DNA of 39,239 bases from Paraphysomonas bandaiensis. Its lineage: Eukaryota; Protista; Chrysophyceae. Made by a program: the position numbers and the translations under genes. Positions 20,467 through 32,294 of this stretch are shown here, one piece after another. How positions within the stretch are numbered: position 1 is the stretch's first letter; each line of letters starts with the position of its first letter. The stretch covers positions 1-39,239 of the forward strand of contig CBFFRP010000351.1 in the NCBI GenBank assembly GCA_965644295.1, given 5' to 3'. Below the pieces are notes generated by a model, which did not search any database, was not told where the DNA came from, and saw only the letters and a list, made by a program, of their open reading frames with translations.

Positions 20467-21800
20467 TCATACTATGACTACAGTGTTCTCCAAGTGGGCA
20501 GTGTCATATACTAGGACATCCAGCTCATCAACTTCTGTGAAACGTGAGAGAGGTTTAGTTAAAACGTCGGCCAGCATCTCGTTTGTAGGCATGTAATCAA
20601 CAATAATAGAATTCGAGGCAAATTGTTCACTAATGAAGTGAACATCTGATGGCAATATGTTTTGTTCGTTGATGGTGTACGAGGTTTAGGCATAGTTGAA
20701 TTGCTCCTCGTTTGTCACACCATATGGTAGTTCAATATGAACGGAAGTGGTTGCACCTTGGTGCTTGCGGCGACGCACAAGCAGCTTTCGTAGCGTTAAA
20801 TAGTAGGATAAAAGAGTTTGTATTGATTAGTTACGGGTAGTGGTCTAACTAGTATGACTAGCATTCTTCTAGCCACTAATTGATGCAAGGTCTCAACGCC
20901 TATTGCTAAATAATCAGACATTCACTACTGGTAGTTCAATACGGCATGTATGTGAAAGCCCAATTCCGAGAGTAGTGACCGCAATATTATAAATAAGTGA
21001 TCCTATGAGTTCTTTGTAAAAAGGGAAATTTTTGACAAATTCTCAATTTTCTTGGGATATTTGTTTATTTTCGGGGATGTCTATCTAAAAGTTGTCGTCA
21101 TAAATAGGGTGACTACATGGTTTACAGTCTTGCATGTTGAAAGTAGATCTCGGATATATTGAAACTGGTTTAATGTCGTGGTTCGATTCTCTAGGTCCTG
21201 TTTGACGAATATTCCGAGGTAGTAATCTCTAGGACGCCGAGATCATGAATATCGAACTTAGTAGCTAATAAATTGTTGATTTATTTGAGCGATGTGGGTC
21301 CTATTTTTGACGACAACAATGATAATATCTTCAACGTAAACTGCCAGAATTATGAGTCGTCCATCGATGTTTTCTTGAAGGTGCACGGGTCGGATACTAA
21401 TCTGGTGAAACCACAATCTAACAAATAATTTGTGCAACATTTGTACCAATTTAATCCGGATTGTTTGAGTCCGTATATATATTAGAGGACCTTCACGTTT
21501 GGAACATCGAGACCAACGGGTGCATACATATATATTTCTACTTTTGGAGACCTGCATTCATATAAGCAGTGAAAAAATCTTCCTGCTAATGTAGTTCCAA
21601 TCCAAGGCTGTGGTCGGCAACCAGCGCACAAAATTCGAATAAAAGCGGTTTTTGTTTATAAAAATGTCGAACCGCACTGGATAGCAGTGACCATAGGTAT
21701 TTGTTGCCCTCCTTGAAATACAGGATATTCTCGTCATAGTCAATTTTCCTCTTAACGTAGAGTCTCCTTGGCTCCTCTGGGGCATCGTTTCTTAGGATGT
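20467..21800 (-). pseudogene. Degenerate Ty1/Copia RT-RNase H remnant
   Basis: Fragments read IILAVYVEDIII, FPFYKELIGSLIY, TIWCD, HHQRTKHI and YMPTNEMLADVLTKPL. Many indels and a 191-bp insertion. Confidence 0.85.
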
Positions 21801-22799
21801 ATATACTATTTTGGGCTTACAAAAGAACCAGGCCCTACTTTTCTTCTGTCATTTTGAGAAGATCTTAGCGTCGAAGGGTGGCATGGAATCCTTCCTTTTG
21901 TCCGATGAGTCGGAGTTGCATTTACAATATAATATTGTAAAATATATTGACTGGTGGACTGGACAAATATTCCATTAATAGTGTTTTTGTCAAAAGAGCT
22001 CACAATACTTTTGCAATATATTGCAATCAATATTACGATAGTCATATAAGAGAAGATCCTTAACTGTAGGGTGCAAAATATATGCCTATGTATACAATAT
22101 CCGGAAAGTAAGAAAAAAAGCCTATTTTTGATGTTATTTTCTATTATTTATGTATCGCCAGCTCAAACAGTACTCTACGCCTTACACATGTATGTACAGC
22201 AATATATACATCCTACTATAGTGATAAGAAGAGACAACTGAACAATGAATGCATACAAAAGTAGGGACATTTACAAAAAGTAGAAGTTGGCTATGCGGAA
22301 AAATTCTTCGATCAGCTCAAAAACTTAAGAAACCATTATAATTGTGGGAAACTGGACTACCATTAATTGGCCATTAATGGTATCCGAATGACCTGTACTG
22401 CTATATATAGAACTGAGTGTTATTAAGATAGTATAGAATATAGTATCTTCTCTACACTCCGAAGAAACTTTAAACAATAGTAGACAGCAATGTACTTCAT
22501 GTAACTCTACTGGCACTCTGTGGCAACCTTGTTCACTATCTTCTCAATGCATTCCACAGTCAGAGAATAGTGTCCTGAGCAATATCCATAGCAACGTACC
22601 CATATACCCAAAAACTCTAAAATAATAATTGAAAATATGCATATTTCACGTGGAAACATTCATAAAAACAGCTACAGCAGTACACAACTCTGTATTTATA
22701 CCATCCCACATCCAGCATAGTAAGCAACGATGATGGCAGTGTAATTTACAGAGTCTTCTTCCGAGTGGTTTCAGGGAATTCTCTCAGTGCTCTGTATCT

Positions 22800-23560
22800 T
22801 ATTTGTTCGTTGTGCAGTGCTCACCTTGAACAAGATATACAGCGAGGTTAAACGACTTGTGTGAATCATACAACCAAGAAGGGCATCAAACATTGGAAAG
22901 TGAAAGACTTCACGGGGGCGATTTATTGTCTTTTGTAAGAAAGTAAGTATCTCCTGCTGCAAGGAACCTTTTTCGGTGGCTGGAATGGATAGTTATGAAC
23001 GACGAACCATTTTCTATCGTGGAGAATAAGTATGTTCGGAAGAGATGGAACCAATTTGTACCAAGCCCGCCAGTTATTTGATATGCTGCTACAAGAATTT
23101 CCAGAGCTGCTTCCATACCTTTCCCCTAATGCAAGCATTGTTGCCAGTGCAAATTTTGAGAAGGCAGTGGCTAAAATTCAAGGGAACGATGAAAGAGAGT
23201 TGACAGGCTATGAAAGAAGAGCAGTTAGACATTTGCAACTGGATTCATCCATGGAGGTTGGTGTACCCGACAGAAGTAACGAGGACGAGAGTGAAGGAAC
23301 TGATATTGCACAGCGTGTTCTGGACAGCGCCGAGGTCACCAAGAGAGCTGCTTGGTACCTATGTGTCCAACTACCGCTGCTTGCTTCATATTGAAGCACA
23401 ATCTAATGTTGTTGAGAGGCTTTTTGTCGTGCAAAGTTGATTATGATACCTGAGCGTAGAAACATGAATCCATATCGTCTAGAACCGTTGCTATTCCTAC
23501 GAGCCAATTACATGTGTTGTGGGATGTTTATACCCTCCATGAAGCCCTGCAAGAAGTTCG
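22800..23560 (+). pseudogene. hAT transposase remnant; its 3' terminus resumes at about 26472-26618 after the LTR insertion
   Basis: ARQLFDMLL...YLSPNASIVASANFEKAVAKIQ...LTGYERRAV and SNVVERLF...ERRNMNPYRLEPLLFLRAN. The terminus ...taatggttaccaggccctg ends at 26618, and a similar subterminal fragment lies at 22333-22385. Confidence 0.8.
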
Positions 23561-23648
23561 TGATGTGCCAGTAGAGAGCGAGAAGTAGTTACAATTTGTA
23601 GTCTGCTATTTAACTAAAAATTAGTAATTAAGGGAGCACATCACTATC

Positions 23649-26466
23649 AGTTGAAGTGTAAACTTCGCTTCCGTAGTTTTCCTATCACATACGCACTACG
23701 TATTATGAATGAATGGATAGTATGTCACATGCATGCATATCCATTCATTGTCATCACACATTGACATGTTTACATCAGTTGTCCTTAACATATAATATAC
23801 CTTTTCTCCTCTAAAGTACTTCATACTTTAACTTGGTAGCAGATGGTTACGATAACCAACCTTATTTATTTGTTTGTTCGCCTCCACATCACTGGTGGAA
23901 TGACGGCATCAACATATAAAACAAGCCTGTCATCTGTACACAGACGAAATACACAATGTGCTTCCTTTGAACTCTGCTGTTTCTCGAAAACTCGAAAATC
24001 CGGGGGTTTTGGAATCAATTTCCGGAAAACATGTACAAAAATCGTTTTTTTAAAGAGAATATTTCCGGAGAATATGCATTTTTTTTTGGGCAGTGAAAAC
24101 AAATCGACAGTCTGTCTGTTCCTGCAGTGTGTAATATATGACTTTAAGGAGATGACAGTGTATATACTAATGCACATGTCCATTCCAGCCAGTCTGATTT
24201 TGATGACTTGTCTCCACCATGTGTGCTGATTTTGACACCTTGAGACGCTTTGTCCGGTGATACACCAGGAGTGGTTAGACTTCATGTTGATGGCTGTGAA
24301 TATTCTTTCGATGACTACTATTCGCCTTCTCAGGGAGTCAACCCTGCAGTAAGAGATTGCTTGTTGTGAGTCATATGTTAGCCTCGCACAGCAGTTGTGC
24401 TTGAGAGCACGATTTTCTCCTCGTTTATTCAATGAGAGTTATTTCTTGAGAGTTTGACAGTGACGATTGCTTTATCCTATCCACAAGGGTTTCATTGTGC
24501 ACCAGTTTGTACTCAAACCTGTTATTCAAGAGAATGTTGCTCTGTTCATCAGCAGCTTATATATTATGTGGATTATTCCTTTCGTCTGCTTTCTTCTTCT
24601 GGTGATGTATCAGATGTTGTTATGATGGTTATAAACCATATGTTTTTGCTCTGTTGGCGTATCGTCTTTCAGCCTTCAGAAGCGCTATCCAATCATGACA
24701 ATTGTTTCTCTCTATCTTTATTTATCGGAGTTGTTGAGTGTTGATCTCTTCACCGTACGTATAAAGTGTATAGACCGAGCACAGGCATATGGTCCTCGAG
24801 ACTGCGGATGTCAGATTCATATTCAGCATGCCTTTAAACTAGTGTCACCTTTCCAAGCACGGGAGCGGATTCATGATGAGTCCGATGATGAACTTGTACA
24901 GGAGGAGGATACCGACGGGAATGATCCCTCCATACAGTGTCACGAACCCGATGTTATTGTGCATGACGAGAAATCTGTTGGAGCAGCCAACGAGCCAGCT
25001 ACCTCAGAAATCGCGTTACAGCCGGCTTTCGATGTGGTCCCTCAGACTGACGGTCGCTCCATTGAAGTCTATTGTTGAAGGAGCTCGTATACCTCCCGAC
25101 GATGATTCGGTTGAGAGAACAGTTCTCCTCTCTATATATAGTGTTACCTCAGGATATAGTTAATAGTCCTGTTGAGTTCACTTGACGTGTCGACAAGCTC
25201 CCCGCATAGGGCACAGCAGTCGGATTCACAGTCATATTATTGCCGCTCATTAGCAGGCATCTTTTATTCAAATGGTACAGCCCCCTCATTGGTAAGGCAG
25301 GCATATCAGTTTATTGCCCCTTATTTATGGCAGGCATATCATATTTTAGCCCCTTATCATTATAAAAGGCAGGCATATATTATATCTCTTTTATTTCCAC
25401 TAGTATGGAATAGTGCTGGCTTTGTTCCACAGGTAGAACAGCCTCACAATCAGAGTTTTAACTCTGCTGCCCTATTATAGAGGCACTGATTATCTTAATC
25501 TGCATTGCGCACTTTCATGCGATATATGCAATTATCAGTTCAGCGTTTGTATTTTACCTGGTCCTATAGTCCAGTGATTAAATATGTTTTATCTGTTCTT
25601 TCATTGTTGTCATGTAGACATTCAACAGAAAACATTTCCATATTATGCTGTTCATGATTTTCAAGCATTTCAAGGTGACAGGTATACAATACTATATTGA
25701 TTATAATCATTAAGATTCACCTGTTGTGCATTGTTATGCATTATCTATCTTATATTCTGATGTATCATACTTATGATATGAGCATTAAATTAAAATGGTA
25801 TCTATGATATTATTCTATATATTTTGTTTGTTTAACCATGTCAGGCAATATTACAAGCATATATAGTTGATTCAATTCTTCGTCTACTGCGTATGAACTT
25901 CGTGTCTTGCTATAGCGTGGATTGATTTGCTTTGAAGTTTGTGTTTGACTTCTTCAGAACTATAGTGGTTCTACGATACGATGACCGTTGTGTTCATAAT
26001 ATCAGTATATATATATATACATGTCATTACCTATATATTATATTAGTGGGAGTGTATGACTCGTAGATGGTATGCCCCATCTGGTCCTCTGCACACACTA
26101 TATCTTATAGTTATGGTATATATATTCTATTGTTGGATACTTTCCCTTTTGTTTTCCCATGCATCCATCATACCATCATGGTTTTCTTTTCGGGTTTTCA
26201 GTATTCTATTTTCAGTATCTAGCTTAGTATACCTAGTTTTCATGTTGTCCATTACATACGTACGCTTAGTTTTAGGGGGAGAGTTGAAGTGTAAACTTCG
26301 CTTCCGTAGTTTTCCTATCACATACGCACTACGTATTATGAATGAATGGATAGTATGTCACATGCATGCATATCCATTCATTGTCATCACACATTGACAT
26401 GTTTACATCAGTTGTCCTTAACATATAATATACCTTTTCTCCTCTAAAGTACTTCATACTTTAACT
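23649..26466 (+). mobile_element. Young non-autonomous LTR retrotransposon (2818 bp) with identical 185-bp LTRs, AGTT...AACT termini and 5-bp TSD CTATC
   Basis: LTRs 23649-23833 and 26282-26466 read identical. PBS tggtagcagatgg at 23834; PPT agggggag before the 3' LTR; CTATC at 23644-23648 and 26467-26471; no credible long internal ORF. Confidence 0.95.
25241..25380 (+). repeat. Four degenerate units GCC(CC)...GCAGGCAT inside the LTR element
   Basis: Units start at about 25241, 25279, 25315 and 25348, with conserved flanks and variable middles. Confidence 0.75.
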
Positions 26467-26678
26467 CTATCTATTATATGAGTGGTGTTATCTACTTTAA
26501 GTTAGTAGGTATTTTAATGGCCATTAATAATAATTGCCAGGACATTTTTCATTAATGCCATTATAATTGCCGAGAACTGGACTACCATTAATGGGCCATT
26601 AATGGTTACCAGGCCCTGTTTTAGACAATATAATGGCAAGTACTAATGTGTTTACTTACTGATTAGTATTGTAGGGCC

Positions 26679-27442
26679 CAGGGCTGCGTAACAATTAATT
26701 GAATTGCAATTAAATTGCATGGAACATACGTAATAATTGCAATTATAATTGCTCGCTGTAAGGTTGCAATTAAATTGCAATTAATTGGCAATTATTAACT
26801 ATAGAGTATAAGAGCATATATATAATATTAGAATATAAGAAGTTGCAAAACATTAAGGGCGATGGCCATTTATTGCCCTTAGTGGCTATTACAATAGAGT
26901 GGAAAGGTTGGCCTCTCATTATAACGTTTTCTTTACACATCAAGAAAGGGACTGTTTTTTTTAACGGTCGATTATGTGTCTTTCCTCTTGATTTTGAGCT
27001 ACAAAACTTAGTTCACTTAGTTCAGCTCGATCCATAGTGTATATATGTAATGCTCAATACCCCTCTAGTTGAAGATATATATAGTGTGGCAATCGTGTTC
27101 TTCCGATCTAGGATGCCTTACAGGACACTGCAGGGTTAAATTGCACAACGAACTGGATGTGCAGCGCTATGGACATGGACTATCAGGGCTTTCTACTGTT
27201 TTTTGCAGACGAAAACCTGGATATTTAGAGTTTTGACCACATGTAAATATCATACTCTGTCAATAATATTATCATACTGTTGAAGATGCTATACGTGTTT
27301 GCAATGAGTAACCACAAGTAAATTAGACAATAATTGGCACAATTAAATTGCAATTATAATTGCGCGAGCTAAAACTAATAATTGCAATATAATTTCAAAA
27401 AAACGTTTCAATTAAATTGCAATTAATTGTTACGCAGCCCTG
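26679..27442. mobile_element. hAT-type MITE (764 bp)
   Basis: 23-bp perfect TIR CAGGGCTGCGTAACAATTAATTG. 8-bp TSD GTAGGGCC at 26671-26678 and 27446-27453, with an extra ctg at 27443-27445. caattaaattg subterminal repeats. Confidence 0.92.
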
Positions 27443-27544
27443 CTGGTAGGGCCGGTTTAAAAAATCCATCAATACTATTGATGGAACGCTATCTAACAAT
27501 AGTATTGCGATATATTATTGTTCCCTATCCCTGGTATATTATTC

Positions 27545-28200
27545 AGTATTGAGAATTGCTCATTTTAAGCTAGATCACAGAGAGAATTTGTCGTAAGACT
27601 AGATAGATGTTGTGATAACACGAAGTTGTGATAACCAACACTAACTCATTATAATCCCTGCATAATATCCTACATATGCGAACCTCTCGTTACTGAACAT
27701 ATCTTGAAAGATCAAACTATATTTCAGTTTCTCAATATCATCACAGCATTTGTGCATCACTATATTTCACTGTATTCTCGTACACTGTCTTCAAGTGACA
27801 TACTGAATATACTAGAATAAGATCCATATTCTAATACTCCCACTCAATGTAGAATGCAGTGAGATAAAACATCGATGATCACAATAATCTGATAATGCTA
27901 TGACTATCTAGTCCCATAGGTAAAAACAGATGTGAAATCTTTTAAAGATACATATATACCTAGCAGTCAACTAGATATACAGTTATGTGGGATTTTCACC
28001 CACTAAAACACACCTTTAACCTCTTCGGGGTCGTTTCTTCTGCTGCTCCTCCACACTGTTAGACACACTCCTCTTAACCCCGGTAATCGTTTTCTCATGA
28101 CGGCTGAAGATCTTCGTGGACAACGCCTTTGTAAAATATCGGCCGCCATATCATCCGTAGATACATGAATCAACTTTGCTGTAGGAAATTTTCCATTAAG
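27545..28200 (-). mobile_element. 3' end of a Copia element (RNase H end followed by probable partial LTR)
   Basis: Minus strand reads AKLIHVSTDDMAADI(F)TKAL-like sequence, then a purine-rich tract and non-coding sequence repeated at 14.4-14.7 kb. Confidence 0.65.
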
Positions 28201-28344
28201 TGTAAATGATGACATGCATTATACATATACCTGCTGTCCATCATCGATGTTCTTGCTGAATGATGTGACCATGCTTGACACTCATATGAATACATCAAAG
28301 GTGATAAACGGCTCTAAAAGGGACCAGAGATTCGGATCACAAGT

Positions 28345-31300
28345 GTGGGTTCCCGTGGAGCATGGAGAGACATTGAAATTTCAGATCAGATCAATCGATG
28401 CCTGTGCTCCGGACGTAAGCTGAACGAAATGAGATATCGATTCACGGTGTGGTATGGGATCCAAATCTATGATTGTAATACTGGTGAGCTGGTACTGGAG
28501 GGACCCATGAAGAATGGAATGACTGCAGTTCAAACTCAGCAGCTGTTGGAGCTTCCAGATGTGTCTACACCGAGTAATTGTGAAGTAAATCTTAGCGATA
28601 GGACTGGTGAGGACGAGCTGGAGTTGCTGCATCGGAGAGCGGGTCACTTCAACAAACATGCCTTAGTGGAGGCACATAAGAGGATGCTCATCATGGGCAC
28701 GGGGTTGAAACGAAAACACCTCACAGCCAAGGTACACAAAAATCAGTGTTTGTGTGATGTGTGTGCCAGGTCTAAGATAACCCGAGTCAGCTTCCGAACG
28801 AAGGACGAGAATTCCGTTAGACCGAATTTTTCAGCAGATATAGCTGTGTATTTAAATTGTCCTGCTAGAGGAGGAGAGAGGTATGTGTTGAAAATAACGC
28901 ATCATGCAAGCAAAATGTTCTGGGCGACGGGTCTAGTCAACAGAACTGGGGAAGCGGTATTAGAAGTCTTCAAAGAGCTGTTTAAAGATGACGTTAAAAG
29001 GTACAAGCTCAAGATGGAGCATGACCATGCAGATGGTGCAGGAGAATTAATCAGTGAAGAGCTGCGTCAGTATCTTAGGTCACAGGAGTGCTATAAACAT
29101 ACATGGAGCTCAACAGACTCTCCGGAGATGAATGCTATAGAGGAAAGGAAGTTCAGAACTGCTGGAGAGATGACCCTTGTGATGTTTCTGAGAACTAGAA
29201 ACACGTGAATGACAGAAAGCTCTCTCTAAAAACGTTTTAACAGATTTAAAGTGTACACCAGCGGGCTGCTACACTGTTAAGCCTACCAGCGGGTAGAACT
29301 CCTCCACACAAACGCAAACCGTGAATGAGCTTAATTGAATCGTTATTAAAACGTTATATATATATAGAAGAAGAATGAGTAACACAGCAGCTATACATCT
29401 CTACAGTGTAACACACACATACACATACATCATGTTCAGCATTCACTTCAACACACAACACACCCGATTAGAAGTATTTTATCCGGTATGTATGTACAGC
29501 TTCAACACTCTGAGAGTAGAAACTGAAAATAAAACTGAAAACTGAAAATACTAAAACACTCTGTACGTGTTAGAGAGTACAACAGAAGAGTAACATATCA
29601 TACTACTAATAACGCAGTAAGTAACCAGTACTGCGTGACACCTTGCAATGTTAATCCAATCTGGACTGCCACCGCAATTTTGGCTGGATGCATACATGGC
29701 AGCCAAATATATTTTGATTCGATTGCCAACGAAAACAGAGAAAGGGTATATGTCTCCTATAGAGTTTCTAACGGGTGAGCCTCCAAATTTGAGATATCTT
29801 AGGGTATGATGGGGGTGTCGAACTTATGTTCTTTCACCGAAGGCGGATCGACGAAAGGACTGGGAGGATAAGACTCTAGTTGGATATTTAAAGGGTTACT
29901 CTGATGAGAAGGTAGGATACCATGTATATCTTCCTGAATCAAACAAGGTGGTGACTACAGTCCATATATTGACTGATGAGTCAACGCCATCACGATCAGA
30001 GAAGTATTTCGCAGAGATTGATGCTCTTCGAGTGCGGGAGGCCCGCCCTAGACCCAAGCTTGCATCCGACTATGCCAGCTTAGAAGGAACGTATCATATT
30101 GATGATGAGGACGGACTTCTGTATAATAAAGACAACAAGAGTTAGTTGTAGAACGTAAGGGTGTGATTGTAGCATACCGTTCACTTGTTACTGCAGGTCG
30201 TGAGCATATAGAGCACCGGGTGCCTATACACGTCGAAGACGTAGTAGTGCGTATGACTGCAGAAACCCCCGGGAATACCGGGTACATAGGAAAGGGGGAC
30301 GCCCTGAGTACTACGCCAGCCAGGGAGCTGGACCAGGGAAGACCTGGAGGGTTCCAGGAGAGTCCTGACCCAACCTGTCAACAGACAGTCGTGAGGTTGC
30401 AGACCTCGACAGACCGTGGGTCTGGGGATGCGAGCGGGGCTCCTCCCACACCGCAAGATTTGCGGACTCAGGATGAGCAAAAGGTATGGGTTCGTATATA
30501 TCTACTATAGACGACCTATTGAACTAGACGGTGATGGTCGTGTACGGCGGAAACGGCTACAGCGTAGGTTGGCAAACGCATCGGTGTTAGGAGAAATTAA
30601 TATGGTTGAGGTGCCAGATGCATATATATACTGTTAACTTAAAACATGCAGAGTTGAAACATGATGACTTTAAGATACCAGACTCATAATATGCTGAAGC
30701 GGAGAGATCTCCACAGTACATGAAGTGGCGAGAAGCTCGGAAGGTGGAGAAGACCTCACTACTGAAGAGACGTGTCTTAAAGATTGTGCGGAATCCACGG
30801 GGAGTGAAGTTGGTGCGAGCAAAGTATGTTCACACGGTGAAGAGAGACCTTCTGGGGAATGTAGTCAAGTATAAGGCGCGGCTGGTTGCATTAGGGGAAT
30901 CTACAAGAAATAACGGAGGAGGAGCAGTCCACGTTTGCTCCAGTGGTCAAAGGAATAACCATTCGACTGGTTCTTGCAATCGCCTATATGTTTCATATGC
31001 ATGTACATCAGTTGGACGTATCATCAGCGTTTTGTTATGCCGATCTTGAGGAGGATGTTTATATGACACCTCCACCTGATGAAGAATTGCCAGCGGGGTG
31101 GTGTTTTCAATTGATCAAGGCCTTATATGGACTGCGGTCATCACCGAGGCAGTGGAACAAACATATTGACAAGTTTATCAAATCGTTACATTTACTGCCT
31201 GCATTTTAGATACATGCTTGTATATGCGATGGAGTAATGGTCAATTGCACTTATTGCTGATATATGTTGATGATATTATCATTGCATCTGCTGATCTCAC

Positions 31301-32114
31301 CTACTTAGAAAGTGTTAAACGTAGGTTCTGCGAAACGTTTGAAATGCATGATCTGGGTGTGTGCAAACGGTTTCTGAATCTCAGAATCACGAGAGGCGAG
31401 GACTGGTACATGTTAGATCAATCGGAATATGCCAAGAATATTGTCAAGAAATTCAGTTCGTTTATGGGAAAGAGCAGTAAGAATAAGGAGACTCCACTAC
31501 CTACCAATGTTCAGGATTTGTTGGCAGAGCAACGTGAGCTGACGGGGGAGCAGAAGCAGTGGGTCGAATCATTTCCGTATAGAGGAATTATTGGAGCGGT
31601 GTTGCATTTGGCGATTCACACTAGAACTGATCTGGCTTATGCTGTGGGGTTATTGGCTCGATTTAGTACTTCTCCAACATATGCGACTTGCAGATTAGCT
31701 ATTCATTTGTTGAAATATTTACGTGGTACAGTTGATAAGGGAATCAGATTCAGTGGGAGTGAGTTTGATTTACATGTATTCAGTGATTCAGACTGGGCTG
31801 GGGATAGGATGACTCGGCGGTCCACAACGGGATACATCGTGTTTTTATGTGCGGGCGCATTGGCCTGGCAGTCCAAGCTTCAGACCACAGTTGCGACTTC
31901 GAGCATGGAATCTGAGTATATGGCGGAGTATGCGGCTATGCAAGAACTGGTGTTGCTTCGGGGGGTGTTCAAGGAGCTCGGACTCTTGGTAGCGAAGCCG
32001 GCTCCATTCTTTATGGATAGTAAGAGTGCAAAGGATCTTTCAGAGAATCCAGTGTATCATAAGAGGTCGAAGCATATTGACATCAAGTATCACTGAGGAT
32101 AAGAGAACATGTTA
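28345..32114 (+). pseudogene. Disrupted Ty1/Copia pol (pre-integrase, integrase, RT, RNase H)
   Basis: LHRRAGH...CDVC; FSADI, HADGAGEL, PEMNAIEER; after the solo LTR it continues LAMLIQSGLPPQFW. RT motifs KYKARLVA, HQLDVSSAF, KALYGLRSSPRQW, LIYVDD; RNase H FSDSDWAGD, SSMESEY, KHIDIKYH. Order IN-RT-RH; frameshifts and stops; truncated at about 32114. Confidence 0.93.
29178..29640 (-). mobile_element. Gypsy-family solo LTR (463 bp) inserted in the copia integrase
   Basis: TG...CA ends (TGTGATG...GTGACA), and the minus strand starts TGTCACGCAG like the LTR at 3107. Removing it plus one CCT restores GEMT-L-AMLIQSGLP in frame. Confidence 0.88.
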
Positions 32115-32294
32115 AAGTCGATGGTAGGTAAAAACCTGGTCAAGTACTTTGACCAGGTGATGTGTACTATATATATAGGGTATATTTGAGAAAGTCTGGT
32201 ATACTAGCAAATAACACGATAATTGGACTAATTCTAAACATTTATTATATTATAATAAGATTATGTCACTACGAAATCGTTACATCACTACTAC

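Noticed and set aside
25241-25380. CRISPR-like repeat-spacer pattern
   Set aside because: Repeats are short and degenerate, lie within a eukaryotic LTR element, and have no cas genes nearby.
23843-25480. Short ORFs (96-188 aa) inside the non-autonomous LTR element as cargo genes
   Set aside because: Overlapping ORFs on both strands with no coherent domain; at most faint decayed copia traces.
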